Source: Alistipes sp. (GTDB lineage Bacteria; Bacteroidota; Bacteroidia; Bacteroidales; Rikenellaceae). From it: 64,000 nt of DNA. The stretch spans positions 2,049 through 66,048 of the forward strand of contig JAFVVS010000123.1 in NCBI GenBank assembly GCA_017502025.1, in the 5' to 3' direction. The notes beneath the pieces are model-generated. The model ran no database searches and had not been told where the DNA came from. It was given only the letters and a program-made list of their open reading frames with translations. Every line of letters starts with the position of its first letter. Positions within the stretch are counted from its first letter, which is position 1. Shown here piece by piece: positions 8,744-19,246 of the stretch. The position numbers and the translations under genes were made by a program.

Positions 8744-10732
8744 ATGCCGGGATTAAAATTCGACAAACAAGAGCTTGGTAATTTGGAGTATTCGTTGCAG
8801 CGTGAGATGTTGGCTACCGACCGTCGAGGCGGTTATATGAGTACCACCATCGTGGGTTGTAACACTCGCAAGTACCATGGTTTGATTGTTGCCCCGATCG
8901 ATTCGAGCAACAATGCCTATGTGCTGCTTTCGTCGTTGGACGAAACAATCGTGCAGCACGACCAGTCTTTCAACTTGGCTTTGCACCGCTTCCGTGGTGT
9001 ATATGAGCCACGAGGACACAAGTATATCACCGACTTCGAGTATACTCCGTGTCCAACCATCACTTATCGCGTCGGTGGTGTGATTCTCCGCAAGGAGATT
9101 CTTTGGATTCACAAGCGTACCCAGATGATGATTCGCTATACGCTCGTGGATGCTCACTCCGAGACTACTTTGCGTTTGCGTCCATTCCTCGCCTTCCGTA
9201 ACAAGCACGAGCTTTCGAAGGCTAATATGTACGCTAATGGTCGCTCTTACCCGGTTACCAATGGTGTGAAGAACCGCCTCTACGACGGTTTCCCTTGGTT
9301 GCATATGCAGTTGTCGAAGGCAGATGCGAAGTTTGTTCCTGCGCCGGATTGGTACTACGACTTCGAGTACCAGAAGGAGTTGGAGCGTGGCTACGAGGGT
9401 TATGAGGACCTCTTGACCACAGGTTATTTCGAGATGAATATCAAGAAGGGCGAGAGTATCATCTTCTCGGCTTCGGTAGATGAGATGCCTTCGGGCGAGG
9501 CTATCGTTGAGGCATACGAGACCTCGGTAGCTCGTCGTACTCATAAGGTAGATTTCGAGAGTTGCTTGCACCACTCGGCTCGTCAGTTCATCATCCGCCG
9601 TCCGGGCGATCGTACCGAGGTTATGTCGGGCTATCCTTGGTATGGCAAGGCAGGCCGTTCAGCCTTCATCTCGCTTCCGGGCTTGACTTTGGAGCAGGGA
9701 TACAAGGAGGATTGTATGGCAGTCCTCGACACTATGGTTGGCGATATGCACAATGGCGACTTCGCAGGCTCGGCTTCGGCTGAGGTTTCGGCAGACGCTC
9801 CACTCTGGTTCTTCTGGACATTGCAGCAGTTGGAGGAGCATATCGGCGCACAGGCCATCTGGGAGAAGTATGGCGCAGCAATGAAGAGCATCCTTACAGC
9901 ATATCGTCGTGGTTTCTTTGGCGGATGCGTGGCAATGCACTCGAACGGACTCGTTTGGGCTGCTCGTGATGGCGTAGCATTGACTTGGATGGACTGCGTG
10001 ATGAATGGTCAGCCGGTAACCCCTCGTGCGGGCTATGTAGTCGAGATAAATGCTTTGTGGTACAACGCTATCTCGTATGCTTTGGCCTTGGCGAAGAAGA
10101 TGGGTGACAAGGCTTTCGAGAAGGAGTGGAAGGCTCTTCCGGCTCAAATTCAGAAGGCGTTTGTCGATACATTCTACCTCTCGGAGGAGGGCTACCTCGC
10201 CGACTATGTAGATATGCGTGGCAAGAACGACGACATTCGTTGCAACCAGATTATCGCTTGCGGTTTGCCATACACAATGCTCAACGAGGAGCAGACCGTA
10301 AATGTTTGGCGTACCGTGCGTCAGCACTTGCTCACCCCTGCGGGACTTCGTTCGTTGTCGCCTCGCAACCCATTGTTCGAGTCGACCTACAAGGAGAATC
10401 CTATCGAGCAGGAGGCAGCAGCAACCAATGGTGCAGTTTGGGTATGGCCGTTGATGTTCTATGTCGAGTGTGCTTTGCGTCTCGATGGCGCACGCTTCCT
10501 GCCTCACGCAGAGGAGATGTTAGCAGCATTCGACGACAACATCCAGACCTACTGTATTGGCTCGGTTGCCGAGTACTACGACGCAAATCCTCCGTTCGCA
10601 CCTCGTGGTGCCGTATCGCAGGCTTGGAGCGTAGGTGGTGTATTGTACATCAAGTCGCTTATCGAGAAGTACAAGGCGAAGGCAAAGCGTGCAACCAAGC
10701 GCACAACAACAAAAAAGAGTGTTAAGAAATAA
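8744..10732 (+). CDS. Glycogen debranching enzyme (amylo-alpha-1,6-glucosidase, GH133)
   Basis: NTRKYHGL, GYPW, ADAPLWF, LTWMD, VEINALWYNA, SQAWSV motifs. Confidence 0.9.
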   Translation: MPGLKFDKQELGNLEYSLQREMLATDRRGGYMSTTIVGCNTRKYHGLIVAPIDSSNNAYVLLSSLDETIVQHDQSFNLALHRFRGVYEPRGHKYITDFEYTPCPTITYRVGGVILRKEILWIHKRTQMMIRYTLVDAHSETTLRLRPFLAFRNKHELSKANMYANGRSYPVTNGVKNRLYDGFPWLHMQLSKADAKFVPAPDWYYDFEYQKELERGYEGYEDLLTTGYFEMNIKKGESIIFSASVDEMPSGEAIVEAYETSVARRTHKVDFESCLHHSARQFIIRRPGDRTEVMSGYPWYGKAGRSAFISLPGLTLEQGYKEDCMAVLDTMVGDMHNGDFAGSASAEVSADAPLWFFWTLQQLEEHIGAQAIWEKYGAAMKSILTAYRRGFFGGCVAMHSNGLVWAARDGVALTWMDCVMNGQPVTPRAGYVVEINALWYNAISYALALAKKMGDKAFEKEWKALPAQIQKAFVDTFYLSEEGYLADYVDMRGKNDDIRCNQIIACGLPYTMLNEEQTVNVWRTVRQHLLTPAGLRSLSPRNPLFESTYKENPIEQEAAATNGAVWVWPLMFYVECALRLDGARFLPHAEEMLAAFDDNIQTYCIGSVAEYYDANPPFAPRGAVSQAWSVGGVLYIKSLIEKYKAKAKRATKRTTTKKSVKK

Positions 10733-10744
10733 AAATATAGTAAG

Positions 10745-12055
10745 ATGAGGGTATTAATGTTTGGCTGGGAGTTTCCTCCGCACATTGCGGGAGGACTCGG
10801 TACCGCCTGTTACGGAATGACCCGTGGATTGGCTCGTAACGATGTAGATGTTACATTCGTTATGCCTCGTGCATCGGGCGATGAGGACGAGCGTTTTATT
10901 AAGGTGGTGAATGCGAGCGACATCGAGACCGTATTCGGAAATGTTAGCGCCGACTGCGCCGACATCATCGAGAAAATGTCGTTCATCCATGTAGACTCAA
11001 ACCTTGTACCATACCTCTCACCGGAGGACTACGAGTCGTATCACGATGAGTTTGTAAAGACCGGAGAGAAGCGTTGGGAGACAAGCGATGTTTGGAGTCA
11101 GCGCTACACCTTCTCGGGTAAGTATGGTGCAAACCTTATGGAGGAGGTTGCACGTTACGCTATTGTTGCTGCGCAGGTTGCAAAACAACTCGAAGGACAG
11201 TTCGATGTTATCCACGCACACGACTGGCTCACCTACTATGCAGGTATCGCTGCAAAGCGTGTGTCGGGCAAGCCGCTGGTAGTGCATATGCACGCAACAT
11301 CGTTTGACCGTTCGTCAAGCGACAATATCGATACTCGTGTTTATGAGATTGAGCGCACAGGTATGGCTGCTGCCGACCGTGTAATTGCAGTGTCGAACCT
11401 CACTCGTAACATCGTTATCGAGAAGTACGGCATTCCTGCTGAGCGAGTTGTAACAGTTCACAATGCAGTGCGTTTTGCCGAGAACGAGAGCGAAGTTCCG
11501 GAGCGTGGTGTTACCGACAAGATTGTGACATTCCTTGGTCGTATCACCTTCCAGAAGGGTCCTGACTACTTCGTTGAGGCTGCTGCAAAGGTGTTGAAGC
11601 AAGTTCCGAATGTACGATTTGTGATGGCGGGTTCGGGCGATATGATGAACCATGTTATTCGTCGTGTTGCACGCCTCGGTATTGCCGATCGTTTCCACTT
11701 CACAGGCTTCTTGAAGGGCGATGATGTGCACAAGATGTTCCAATTGTCGGATGTATATATTATGCCGTCGGTGTCGGAGCCATTCGGTATCTCGCCATTG
11801 GAGGCTATGCGTGCAAATGTACCTTCGATTATTTCGAAGCAGTCGGGTGTAGCCGAGGTCTTGGACTATGCGGTTAAGGTTGATTATTGGGATGTGGATG
11901 CTATGGCAGACGCAATCTACGGTTTGATTACCTACCCTGCATTGGCTAAGATGTTTGCACAGAAGGGCTTGGAGGAGGTTACCAACCTCAAATGGAACGA
12001 TGCTGCTAAGAAGGTTAAGCAGGTCTACGAGGATGCTATTGCATCGATGAAATAA
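10745..12055 (+). CDS. Glycosyltransferase family 4 (glycogen locus)
   Basis: GWEFPPHIAGGLG, HAHDW, SEPFGISPLE. Confidence 0.9.
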   Translation: MRVLMFGWEFPPHIAGGLGTACYGMTRGLARNDVDVTFVMPRASGDEDERFIKVVNASDIETVFGNVSADCADIIEKMSFIHVDSNLVPYLSPEDYESYHDEFVKTGEKRWETSDVWSQRYTFSGKYGANLMEEVARYAIVAAQVAKQLEGQFDVIHAHDWLTYYAGIAAKRVSGKPLVVHMHATSFDRSSSDNIDTRVYEIERTGMAAADRVIAVSNLTRNIVIEKYGIPAERVVTVHNAVRFAENESEVPERGVTDKIVTFLGRITFQKGPDYFVEAAAKVLKQVPNVRFVMAGSGDMMNHVIRRVARLGIADRFHFTGFLKGDDVHKMFQLSDVYIMPSVSEPFGISPLEAMRANVPSIISKQSGVAEVLDYAVKVDYWDVDAMADAIYGLITYPALAKMFAQKGLEEVTNLKWNDAAKKVKQVYEDAIASMK

Positions 12056-12087
12056 CCTAAAACGAATAAAACAAAAACACAAAAAAT

Positions 12088-13299
12088 ATGAAAACAGTTT
12101 GTTTATATTTTCAGGTACATCAGCCTTGGCGATTGAAGACATACCGCTTCTTCCACATCGGCAAGGATCACAACTACCTCGACGATTTGACCAATCGTGC
12201 AATTATGTTGAAGATTGCTCGTGAGTGCTACTTGCCTATGAATGCTCTCCTCTTGAAGCTTATCAAGGAGAACAAGGGCGCATTCCGTGTAACATTCTCG
12301 CTCACAGGTAATGTTGTTGAGCAGTTCAAGGCTTACGCTCCGGAGGTTCTCGACTCGTTCCGTGCATTGGTCGACACAGGTTGCGTAGAGCTTTTGGCTG
12401 AGACCTATTCGCACTCGTTGGCAGCCCTCTCGTCGAAGGAGGACTTCAAGGATCAGGTTAAGAAGCACACCGCAATGTTGAAGGCAGAGTTTGGTGTTAA
12501 GCCAAAGGCATTCCGCAACACCGAGCTTATCTACTCTGATGAGATTGGTGAGGCAGTGGGCGAGCTCGGCTTCAAGACAATGTTGGCAGAGGGTGCAAAG
12601 CATATCCTCGGTTGGAAGTCACCAGACTTCGTTTATGCCGGTGCAGCAGACCAGAGCCTTCGTCTTTTGCTCCGCAACTACAAGCTCTCTGACGATATCG
12701 CATTCCGCTTCTCTAATCAGGGTTGGGATGAGTACCCACTCACAGCCGACAAGTATGCCGCTTGGCTTTCGGAGTCGGAGGGTGAGGTTATCAACCTCTT
12801 TATGGACTACGAGACCTTCGGTGAGCACCAGAAGGCATCGACCGGTATCTTCGACTTTATGAAGAATCTCCCAGCTGCAATCTTGAAGCGTGGCGACTTG
12901 AAGTTCGCTACCGTTTCGGAGACCGCAGCCGAGCATCAGCCTGTTGCAGTTCTCCACTGCCCTCATGTTATGTCGTGGGCAGACGAGGAGCGTGATATCA
13001 CCGCTTGGCTCGGCAACGACTTGCAGAACGAGGCATTCTCGAAGCTCTACGCTATGAAGGATAAGGTTCGCTCGTTGAAGAACAAGGATTTCGAGTATGT
13101 ATGGAACTTTATGCAGACCTCGGATCACTTCTACTATATGGCTACCAAGTGGCTCTCTGACGGCGATGTTCACTCCTACTTCAACCCTTATGGCTCGTCT
13201 TATGAGGCATTCATCAACTATATGAATGTTTTGTCTGACTTCCAGATTGAGGTGGAGAAGGCTCTGACTTTGAAAAAGTCAAGTCGTGCTAAAAAGTAG
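12088..13299 (+). CDS. Glycoside hydrolase family 57 (alpha-amylase-like)
   Basis: YFQVHQP, ETYSHSL, FRNTELIY, FMDYETFGEH, SWAD. Confidence 0.92.
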   Translation: MKTVCLYFQVHQPWRLKTYRFFHIGKDHNYLDDLTNRAIMLKIARECYLPMNALLLKLIKENKGAFRVTFSLTGNVVEQFKAYAPEVLDSFRALVDTGCVELLAETYSHSLAALSSKEDFKDQVKKHTAMLKAEFGVKPKAFRNTELIYSDEIGEAVGELGFKTMLAEGAKHILGWKSPDFVYAGAADQSLRLLLRNYKLSDDIAFRFSNQGWDEYPLTADKYAAWLSESEGEVINLFMDYETFGEHQKASTGIFDFMKNLPAAILKRGDLKFATVSETAAEHQPVAVLHCPHVMSWADEERDITAWLGNDLQNEAFSKLYAMKDKVRSLKNKDFEYVWNFMQTSDHFYYMATKWLSDGDVHSYFNPYGSSYEAFINYMNVLSDFQIEVEKALTLKKSSRAKK

Positions 13300-13421
13300 A
13301 AATTGTTTTTAAGGGGCATTTGCTTCCTTGTCTTCAAAAAATGAGATGGTTACATACGCCTAGTATGCGCCCATCTCATTTTTCTTGACAGCGTTGCGAC
13401 TACCTCCTTAAAATCCAATTT
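13297..13421 (+). repeat. ~127-bp hairpin element, divergent copy B
   Basis: AAATTG...CAATTT ends; core ATGAGATGG-TTA-CATAC-gccta-GTATG-CGC-CCATCTCAT. Confidence 0.65.
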
Positions 13422-13461
13422 GAAGTAGTGGGAGGTTTGATATATCTCTGATTTTGAATAG

Positions 13462-13495
13462 ATGGAGGGTGGTGTAATCCGCCCTCCATTCTTTT
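13462..13495 (+). terminator. Intrinsic terminator after glycogen operon
   Basis: ATGGAGGGTGG...CCGCCCTCCAT followed by TCTTTT. Confidence 0.65.
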
Positions 13496-13621
13496 GTGAT
13501 GCACCACATCTCACGACTTCTGACAAGAAATAATAGGTTGTGGGTGATATTTTCCTGGCTTAATTCCGAATATATTTGCTATCTTTGCAATATAAACCTA
13601 TAAATACCTATATATAATATT

Positions 13622-16081
13622 ATGAAGAAGATTTTTTATGTGGTGCTGCTCGCATTGTGTTTGCCGATTTTTCTCTCGGCAAAGGAGAACTCCAAGCAGC
13701 AGTCGCTCACGCAAGTACCGTTCAATAAGGTTGAGCTCAACGACAACTTCTGGTTGCCTCGTTTGAAGATTCAGAAGGAGGTGTTGGTGCCTTTTTCGCT
13801 CAACAAGATGGAGTACTCGATAGAGAATCTTCGTGGCGTGGGCGCATACCTTCGAGGTGAGGAGGTTACCCGTAAGTTTGTGGGTCGATACTACTCCTCG
13901 TCGGATCTCTTCAAGGTGATGGAGGGTGTGGCCTATATGCTTATGGTCGAGAAGGATGCAGCTCTCGAAGCCAAGATGGACGAGATAATAGATATTATTG
14001 CGGCTGCGCAAAAGCCCGATGGATATCTCTACGAGCACCATACACTCCCTGTACATCTGCGTAATAAGGCGAACAACGGAGCCGCAGGCAAAGCACCATA
14101 TTCGAATGTGGGAAGTTCGCACGAACTCTACAATATGGGCCATATGTACGAGGCTGCTATTGCTTACTACCAGGCAACCGGCAAGCGCAAGTTGCTGGAT
14201 GTGGCAGAGAAGAGCGCACAACACATCAACAAGGTATTCTTCGAGGGTGATGCCAACTACAATGGTGGTAAGCCTGTTATGCAGGCTCCGGGCCATCAGG
14301 AGATTGAGTTGGCGTTGGTGAAGATGTATCACGCTACGGGTAAGAAGCTCTATCTCGATATGGCTGAGCGATTTATAAATATTCGTGGAGCAAAAGGTGG
14401 CAGCTACCGAATTCAGGAACATAAGCCGGTGCGAGAGCAACACGAAGCAGTAGGTCACGCTGTGCGAGCTACATACCAATATGCAGGTATGGCCGATATA
14501 GTAGCAGCCAAGGGCGATAAGACTTTATTGCCGGCACTCGACGCTATTTGGCACGACCTTGTCGATAAGAAGATGCAGATTATTGGCGGTCTGGGTACGG
14601 TGCCGGCTATTGAGGGCTTCGGCTCGGCCTATTCGTTGCCAAATCGTGATACCTACAACGAGACTTGTGCTGCGGTTGGAAACCTATTCTTCAATTATCG
14701 AATGTTCTTGATGTCGGGCGATGCAAAGTATGTCGATGTGGCGGAGGTCTCGCTCTACAACAATATCCTTGCAGGAGTAAATCTCAAAGGCGACAGGTTC
14801 TTCTATGTCAACCCGTTGCAGAACAATAAATATAAGGCGTTCAATCAGGGCAATGGTGGTCGTTCTCCTTGGTTTAGTACCGCTTGCTGTCCGTCGAATC
14901 TCGCACGACTTATGCCACAACTTTCGGGTATGGTCTATTCTACAATTGGCAATAATATCTATTGCTCATTCTATGCAGGAACGACAACCGAGGTAGCGCT
15001 CAGTGGCGGTGTCGTAAAGTTGAGTCAAACGACGGACTATCCATTCGACGGTAAAATCTCTATTACGGTTGAGCCAAAGGCTAAAAGTGAGAAATTTACC
15101 CTTTGGATGCGTATTCCGTCGTGGGTAAATAGCAAGTTTGTGCCTGGCGAGTTGTACTCTTATGCTGACTCTAAGCAGATGCAGTATAGCCTTGTGGTTA
15201 ATGGCGAGAAGGTTGTAGCTCAGGCAGTAAATGGCTTTGTGCCTATCGAGCGTAAGTGGCGCAAGGGCGATAAGGTGGAGCTCAATTTGCCTATGGAGGT
15301 GCGCTACTCGAAGGCGATAGATAAGGTGGAGGCCGACCGCAACCGTATCTGTGTCACTCGTGGTCCGATTGTATTCTGTGCCGAGGAGGTGGATAATGCA
15401 CACGATGTTGCAACCTATTTTATCTCGGATAGCAATATGGGGGCGACATCGATGGCATCGTTTAGCTCGGGCATAATGAGTGGTATTCCATACATCAAGC
15501 AGGAGTGTTCGGCTATGACAGGCGATGAGGCTACAAATTCGACCTTGACACTTGTGCCATACTATGCGTGGAACAACCGTGGCGACTATGCCGCTATGAA
15601 TGTGTGGTTTGCTCGTGATAAGGCTACTGCAATAGCCGGCAGAGATAAGGTTGCTCAAAATATCGAGAGCGTAAAGGCTTCGTACGCTCGCAAGGGAGAT
15701 GATGCCTATGCAGTTATAGATGGAGTCTATCCTAAATCGTCGAGCGATAACTCTATTTTGCGTTGGACATCATATCGTCAAGAGGGTAGGGTGCAGACCA
15801 TTGAGATTAAGTTGAAGAGACGCCAGTCAATAGAGAGCGTTTCGGTCTATTGGTTCGAGGATGGCAAAGCTATTATGCGCCCTGCGAGTTGGCGAGCAGA
15901 GTATCTGTTCGATGGTAAGTGGTACGAATACGAGCCGTATATTACCGATAGCTACGGCGTACTTATAAACCAATTCAATATGGTGCATCCCGACAAACCA
16001 ATCGAAGCTGAGGCTATACGCCTGATTATTACGCCACAGCAAAAGAAGGCGGTCGGAATATTGGAGGCCGTGATAGAGTAG
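13622..16081 (+). CDS. GH127 beta-L-arabinofuranosidase-family protein, secreted, with C-terminal beta-sandwich
   Basis: Signal peptide; HELYNMGH, GHQEIE, GHAVRA, NETCAA, ACCPSN (Zn/Cys) motifs; promoter TATCTTTG at 13580. Confidence 0.9.
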   Translation: MKKIFYVVLLALCLPIFLSAKENSKQQSLTQVPFNKVELNDNFWLPRLKIQKEVLVPFSLNKMEYSIENLRGVGAYLRGEEVTRKFVGRYYSSSDLFKVMEGVAYMLMVEKDAALEAKMDEIIDIIAAAQKPDGYLYEHHTLPVHLRNKANNGAAGKAPYSNVGSSHELYNMGHMYEAAIAYYQATGKRKLLDVAEKSAQHINKVFFEGDANYNGGKPVMQAPGHQEIELALVKMYHATGKKLYLDMAERFINIRGAKGGSYRIQEHKPVREQHEAVGHAVRATYQYAGMADIVAAKGDKTLLPALDAIWHDLVDKKMQIIGGLGTVPAIEGFGSAYSLPNRDTYNETCAAVGNLFFNYRMFLMSGDAKYVDVAEVSLYNNILAGVNLKGDRFFYVNPLQNNKYKAFNQGNGGRSPWFSTACCPSNLARLMPQLSGMVYSTIGNNIYCSFYAGTTTEVALSGGVVKLSQTTDYPFDGKISITVEPKAKSEKFTLWMRIPSWVNSKFVPGELYSYADSKQMQYSLVVNGEKVVAQAVNGFVPIERKWRKGDKVELNLPMEVRYSKAIDKVEADRNRICVTRGPIVFCAEEVDNAHDVATYFISDSNMGATSMASFSSGIMSGIPYIKQECSAMTGDEATNSTLTLVPYYAWNNRGDYAAMNVWFARDKATAIAGRDKVAQNIESVKASYARKGDDAYAVIDGVYPKSSSDNSILRWTSYRQEGRVQTIEIKLKRRQSIESVSVYWFEDGKAIMRPASWRAEYLFDGKWYEYEPYITDSYGVLINQFNMVHPDKPIEAEAIRLIITPQQKKAVGILEAVIE

Positions 16082-16118
16082 AAAAATGGTCGAGCAAATA
16101 AAGCTCGACCATTTTTTT
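16082..16118. terminator. Bidirectional intrinsic terminator
   Basis: AAAAATGGTCGAGC...GCTCGACCATTTTTTT between convergent genes. Confidence 0.85.
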
Positions 16119-16120
16119 CT

Positions 16121-17743
16121 TTATTCGTTTTTCAACTCCTCGACAGCCCGTAGCACCGTGCGGTCTATCGGGTATATGAAGTAGTAGAATGCGTTGTCTT
16201 CGAGGTCGGAGTTGCGTGAGATGTAGGCTCGCAGTTGCGCCTCCATAATATCTCGTGAGCGATTTATCTCGCACCAATTTGGCTTTACGCCCTGCTTCTC
16301 GGCATAACGCACAAAATCATTGAACAATGACTTATCGCTATCGAGTAGAGCCTTCAACTCGGCAATGCTCTTTACCCCCTCCAACGCCTTACGGTTGCGG
16401 TCGGAGTAGTCGATGGTGTAGCGATAGAGGATGTTGCGACCCGACACCTGCGAGAAGTACTTCGTGATGTTGAGTGTGTCGAGCGGTACAAAGATATCGG
16501 GCATAATACCTCCGCCACCATATACCACCTTACCCTTCGGGGTGGTGTAGCGCAACGAATCGGCGAAGTGAATGCTGTCTGCCGAGAAGAACTCGTTGCG
16601 ATTGAAGCGGTCGATAATATCGTGCTCATACTTTTCGCCATCGCCAGCAGTGTATGGTTTCTGGATGGAGCGACCTGTCGGGGTGTAGTAGCGAGCTACG
16701 GTGAGGCGGAGTGCCGAGCCATCCTTGAAAGGTGTCTGCGACTGCACCAAACCCTTACCGAAGGAGCGACGACCAATGATAGTGCCTCGGTCATTGTCCT
16801 GCAATGCTCCTGCCAAAATCTCGCTCGACGAAGCACTCGCCTCGTCAATCAAAACCGCCACTTTGAGGTCGGTCGAGCCACCTTTACCGTCGCTATATTG
16901 GCGTAACTGCTTGCCATTGCGATCTTCGGTATATACGATAAGCGACTTTGCCGGCAGAAACTCGTTGGCAATAAGTATTGCTTGGTCGAGAAAACCTCCC
17001 GAGTTACCTCGAAGGTCGAAGATAAGCGATGTCATACCCTGCGCACGCAACGATGCGAGGGCTTTTTTAATCTCGGCATACGAGGTGCGTGCAAACTGCG
17101 AGAGCTTGATAAAACCGATATTTTCGGTCAGCATCAACGATGCCTCGACACTGTGCAACGGAATGGCATCTCGTGTAACGACTATATCGACCAAATCTTT
17201 GATGCCTTTGCGCTCGATAGATAGTTTTACCTTCGTGCCACGAGGACCTCGCAGACGCTTCATAACCGAAATCTGCGACATCTTCTCTCCTGCAATGAGC
17301 GTGTCATTGACCTTGATGATACGGTCGCCACCCTGAACACCCGCCTTGCGACTTGGTCCCGATGGGATAACATTCAATACGATTACCGTATCGGTTGCCA
17401 TATTGAAGACTACGCCAATGCCGTCGAATTCGCCTTTGAGCGGCTCATCCGCCTCCTCGAACTGCTTTGGCGGAAGATATACCGAGTGGGGGTCGAGTTT
17501 GTGTAGTATGGCAGGAATTGCCAACTCCGCCAACGAATCACGAGATATGGAGTCGACATACTCCTTCTCGATCATCGTAAGCACTCGGGCGAGTTTGTCG
17601 TTGTGCGAGTTGTAGTTGTTGAGATAGATACTAATCTGGTTATTAGCAAGCTGTTTGCCGGAGTAAACCCCGGCAAACCAACCTGCAAATAGTATTACGA
17701 GCAGAACTATTGTTCTGAGAAGATGTTTGCCTATCCCTTTCAT
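16121..17743 (-). CDS. S41 carboxyl-terminal processing protease
   Basis: LDPHS, PDZ domain, DLRGNSGG, SASSSEI, SFGKGLVQ; likely start at ATG 17743. Confidence 0.93.
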   Translation of the reverse strand: MKGIGKHLLRTIVLLVILFAGWFAGVYSGKQLANNQISIYLNNYNSHNDKLARVLTMIEKEYVDSISRDSLAELAIPAILHKLDPHSVYLPPKQFEEADEPLKGEFDGIGVVFNMATDTVIVLNVIPSGPSRKAGVQGGDRIIKVNDTLIAGEKMSQISVMKRLRGPRGTKVKLSIERKGIKDLVDIVVTRDAIPLHSVEASLMLTENIGFIKLSQFARTSYAEIKKALASLRAQGMTSLIFDLRGNSGGFLDQAILIANEFLPAKSLIVYTEDRNGKQLRQYSDGKGGSTDLKVAVLIDEASASSSEILAGALQDNDRGTIIGRRSFGKGLVQSQTPFKDGSALRLTVARYYTPTGRSIQKPYTAGDGEKYEHDIIDRFNRNEFFSADSIHFADSLRYTTPKGKVVYGGGGIMPDIFVPLDTLNITKYFSQVSGRNILYRYTIDYSDRNRKALEGVKSIAELKALLDSDKSLFNDFVRYAEKQGVKPNWCEINRSRDIMEAQLRAYISRNSDLEDNAFYYFIYPIDRTVLRAVEELKNE

Positions 17744-17812
17744 AATCTTTTTGGCGCAATCTCTCAATTCTTAACTTTTCGCTTTCTCTTGTCTTTCGTT
17801 AAACTTTACAAT

Positions 17813-17872
17813 ATCCCCCTTTATCGCCTTTGGCGACCAAGTCCCCTCCTCGGAGGGGATTTAGGGGTGGGT
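17813..17872. repeat. REP-like GC hairpin
   Basis: TCGCCTTTGGCGA and TCCCCTCCTCGGAGGGGA followed by TTTAGGGGTGG. Confidence 0.5.
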
Positions 17873-17945
17873 AGAATTGTAAATGCGGTGGTAACACCGC
17901 AAGAAAAATAAGCCACCGAAAAGTTTTAGCCTACAAATTTAGTTA

Positions 17946-19127
17946 TTACTTGTTCTTGAACGTATATGCAAGACCTACGCCAAGAACAGTCTGAGTCTGA
18001 ATCTTTGCGTTCTGTGCCTTGTTGTAGTAGAGCTGGAAGTAGAACTGTGTCGAGAAGTACTTTGTAGCCTTGATGTCGATGGTGTTCTCCCAACGAACGG
18101 TAGGAGCAATATGCTCGTAGTTGAGAGGGTTGCCCGCATTTGCTGGGTCTGCATTCCACTTCTTGCTCTCGCTCTGCTGCGCAACCTCGTTAATCCAACC
18201 GTAGAATGAGTAGAGAGTGGTACGATAGCGGAAGATACCCTTCTGGCCAAAGGTCTTGTCGAAATCGATCTGAATCGAAGAACCACCCTCGTAACGCTGA
18301 TTCTTATTTGCGAGAGTCAAACCATAAACATAAGGGGTGTTTCGCTGGTCAAGGGTAAGCTTCTCTCGGTCTGCCCACGAAATAGCAGCACCATTAGCAT
18401 CGGTAAATGCCTTCTCGTTGAAGTAGTACTCTCGTACAGCCTCGCTGGTTACGAATGTGGCGTTCATTGAGAGAGGTGCAATATTAATCTTGATAGGGAA
18501 CTTCGCATTAGGGCAAACATAAGTTACACCAATCGAAGCGATGAAGTATGCCGGAGCGAAGAATTGGCTACTTGGAAGTTCGCCTGCACCGAAGTCTTTC
18601 TTTGTTCCGTTTGCGAATTGCGAACGCATCGAGAGAGAACCACCGACATTCCAACTCTTCGAGAGAACATAAGCAGGCGAGGTCTGCACGAACCACTCAT
18701 CCTGGCTCTTGGTTACCGAACTGTCGGTCTCCGCCTCGGTGAAGTTGTAGGTGTAACCCAACTTACCTGTAACCTTTGTGCCGATAGTAAATTTGTCCTT
18801 CTTGTAAGTGTGGGTAAAGAGGATGTTACCGACGCCTGTCAAAGAGTTTGTGTTACCATTCACCGAACGCCAATACTCGTTGAAGTGCGAAAGCGAAGCG
18901 TTGAGAGTTGCGTTGAACTCTATGGTGTTGCGCTCCTTGCGAAGTGCTGCCTTCTCGGCTTTGAGCTGAGCCTCGCTCTGGAATGCGGCTGCTGCATTGT
19001 CGGTCTTGACCTCGTTAGCAAAGGTTACCTGCTCCTGTGGGGTTGCCGACTCAACGGTTGCTTGTGCGCTTGCAATACCTGCGCTTGCAAATGCAAAAAA
19101 TGCAAAAAATGTAAAAAATCTCTTCAT
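17946..19127 (-). CDS. Outer-membrane beta-barrel protein (DUF3078-like)
   Basis: Signal peptide MKRFFTFF; SQFANG, FFAPAY; C-terminal LGVGLAYTF beta-signal. Confidence 0.75.
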   Translation of the reverse strand: MKRFFTFFAFFAFASAGIASAQATVESATPQEQVTFANEVKTDNAAAAFQSEAQLKAEKAALRKERNTIEFNATLNASLSHFNEYWRSVNGNTNSLTGVGNILFTHTYKKDKFTIGTKVTGKLGYTYNFTEAETDSSVTKSQDEWFVQTSPAYVLSKSWNVGGSLSMRSQFANGTKKDFGAGELPSSQFFAPAYFIASIGVTYVCPNAKFPIKINIAPLSMNATFVTSEAVREYYFNEKAFTDANGAAISWADREKLTLDQRNTPYVYGLTLANKNQRYEGGSSIQIDFDKTFGQKGIFRYRTTLYSFYGWINEVAQQSESKKWNADPANAGNPLNYEHIAPTVRWENTIDIKATKYFSTQFYFQLYYNKAQNAKIQTQTVLGVGLAYTFKNK

Positions 19128-19246
19128 AATTATATGTTTTTGTTGTTTGTTGTCGATTTGAACATACAAATATAGAATAAATTTTGTATATTTGTAGAGT
19201 ATTACTACGAAAAAACGAAACAAATAACTATAAAATATAAAATATT

